Of a stretch of 64,000 nt of DNA, positions 62,040-64,000 are shown in pieces. Position numbers and translations under genes: made by a program. Positions within the stretch are counted from its first letter, which is position 1. Each line of letters begins with the position of its first letter. The notes beneath the pieces were generated by a model. It made no database searches and was not told the origin of the DNA. It saw nothing but the letters and a program-made list of their open reading frames with translations. Location: the NCBI RefSeq assembly GCF_004010195.1, contig NC_057754.1, positions 13,236,224 through 13,300,223 of the forward strand, given 5' to 3'. The DNA is from Chiloscyllium plagiosum (taxonomy: Eukaryota).

Positions 62040-64000
62040 TCACTGTCAACATCATCATCCCTTTTCGACAAAGGATTTCAGGTGTTTTACTTCTTCTTGG
62101 CATGAGTAAGCGTTTCATGCTGCATTAGTATTGTAACAGAGAAAAGCAAATCACAACATGATGTTGGTTTACCTGTCATTTTCGATATTGCTTCAACTTT
62201 GCAGTGCTTAGCTCGAAATGATTGTTCTTAAAGTTAGTATCAGATCGAGTGTAGGAGGTTGAGGGGTGAAATTCTAGAAGTATATAATATCATGAGTGCC
62301 ATAGGGTGAATAGTCAAGGTCTATTCCACAGGGCAGGGGAGATCAACATAGAGTACATAGGTTTAAGCGTTAAGGGGGAAGATTTAAAAGTGACAAAGGG
62401 GCAACGTTTTCACACAGAGAATGGTATGTGTCTGGAATGAGATGCCAGAGGAAACGTCGTAGGTGCAAGTATAGTTACAACATTTCAAAGACATTTGGAC
62501 AAACATATGAATAGGAAATGTTTAGAGACATGTGGGACCCGTGCAAGCAGATGGGACTCGTCTGTTTTGGAAAACCTGGACAGCATGAACAAGATAGATC
62601 AAAGGGTCTGTTTGTGTGCGATATGACTGTGTGAATCTAGAAAGCGAGAGAAAAGAAAGAAAAGACATGATGTAATTAAATTGGCAAGAAATATAAAAGC
62701 AAGCATTTTGAGCTTTTCTGTGTGTATGAAAACATGTTCAAGGTGAGTGTGTGACCTTTGGTAGAAATAAAGTCAGGAAAGTATATTAAGAACATCTGGA
62801 GGGTGTGACTGGGGACCTGGCTACTGAGAACAGGCAGATAACTTCCACCGGTATTATACATTCATTCCTGACAGGGGAAGGCACTGTAAGCATTTCAACG
62901 ATATAAACAAAATGGTAATAAGAGAGGCGTTCTTGAACAGTCTCTAACCAATAAGATCAAGTTTTTTTTCAACAGATAAAACTTAAGGTAGGCAGGTCAC
63001 CAGTAATTCATAGCTGGCTTTAATAGAAGTGGTTACAGAGGGAATAGTGGCGCTGTGTGAAATATTCCATAACTCTCTGGATTACAGGAATGTTCCAGTG
63101 AAACTGGAGAACCTTCAATGTGTTCGTGATGAAGGGGCACTTGTAGACACGAGGCTTTTTCAGAGTTTTTCCACATGTTATCACAAAATTAAGGCTCCTA
63201 CACAAGACAGAAGCTCATAGAAGCTCACATCCAGAAGCTGGATAATGTATTAGCATTGGACGACGGGTTGGTTAACACATAGAAATCGCAGAGTCAGGAA
63301 TAATCAATCTTTCTGACAAAGACGTATCTACTGGAGTAACACAAATATCAGTCCGGTACCTTCAGTTATTTACAATCCACATTGATAGCCTGTTGGCGGG
63401 AGCTGAGTGCAACATACATCCGAGTTTGGGGATGACACTGAGAACCAAAACGTAGGTTTTTACTTAATGAAGAAGACTCCCAAACTAAAGAACAGTACAA
63501 AGGGATGGGCGTTTTTCTTTGAAAGAACCATAAAATCAACATGCTGATGCAGCAAGTAACTAGTTTATTTCATGAGGCGGATTTCTGGGATAAAAGGGTT
63601 CAATTATTGAGTACATCTAAAATGGTGAGGTGTTTGTTCATTGTGTTTGAAATTAATGAGGGTGATGTTATTGAAACGTACAAGATACAGAGGGGAATTG
63701 ACAAGGTAGGTGTTAAGTTGTGGTTCCATTCCTGGGCAGAGTCTCGAACTCGGGGATACAGGTACAGCATTAGGGATATCGATTTCAAACTGAGATGTAA
63801 ATAAATGTCTCCACTTAGAAGATAGTGAATATCCAGAATTCCCTAACTCAGTGAGTCACTGAATGTATTTACCGACGGGGTGGATTCGGTTTTGACACAT
63901 TAGCGAGTTGAGGGATACTAGGGGTTAGATGGAAAGTGGAGTTGAGCCCTGGAGTAGATCAGCCGTGCTCTTATTGACCGACAGTCCAGGCTTGAGGGGC
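62040..64000 (+). repeat. Segmental duplication, partial copy 4; continues past the window end
   Basis: Collinear with ~25570-27070 and ~43850-45310 (catcatca, taagcgtttcatgctgc, ttagtatcagat, final cttgaggggc). Confidence 0.9.

Overview
Eukaryotic, repeat-dominated DNA. The repeat families (HE1/V-SINEs with (AATCT)n tails, HER1/CR1, L1/Tx1, Rex1-Babar, Penelope) point to a cartilaginous fish, probably a carpet or bamboo shark (inference). The only credible host gene is the first coding exon (8808-8982, +) of a GPR139/GPR142-like class A GPCR. It has a strong Kozak ATG, an upstream in-frame stop, the YYPILAIVGVP motif and a phase-1 GTAAGT donor. I found no second exon in the window. Most of the rest is a mosaic of decayed retroelements that has itself been segmentally duplicated: a ~17-18 kb unit at ~14.3-31.7 kb and ~32.4-49.4 kb, with partial copies at ~0.85-2.8, ~49.9-57.0 and ~59-64 kb. 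Comparing copies exposes copy-specific insertions with target-site duplications (TSDs). The most notable are ~200-bp fold-back elements flanked by 14-15 bp TSDs, which carry minimal hammerhead-ribozyme cores of the Penelope type. There are four assembly gaps, two of exactly 500 N, so long-range order is uncertain. Boundaries of decayed repeats are approximate and read by eye; no database search was run.
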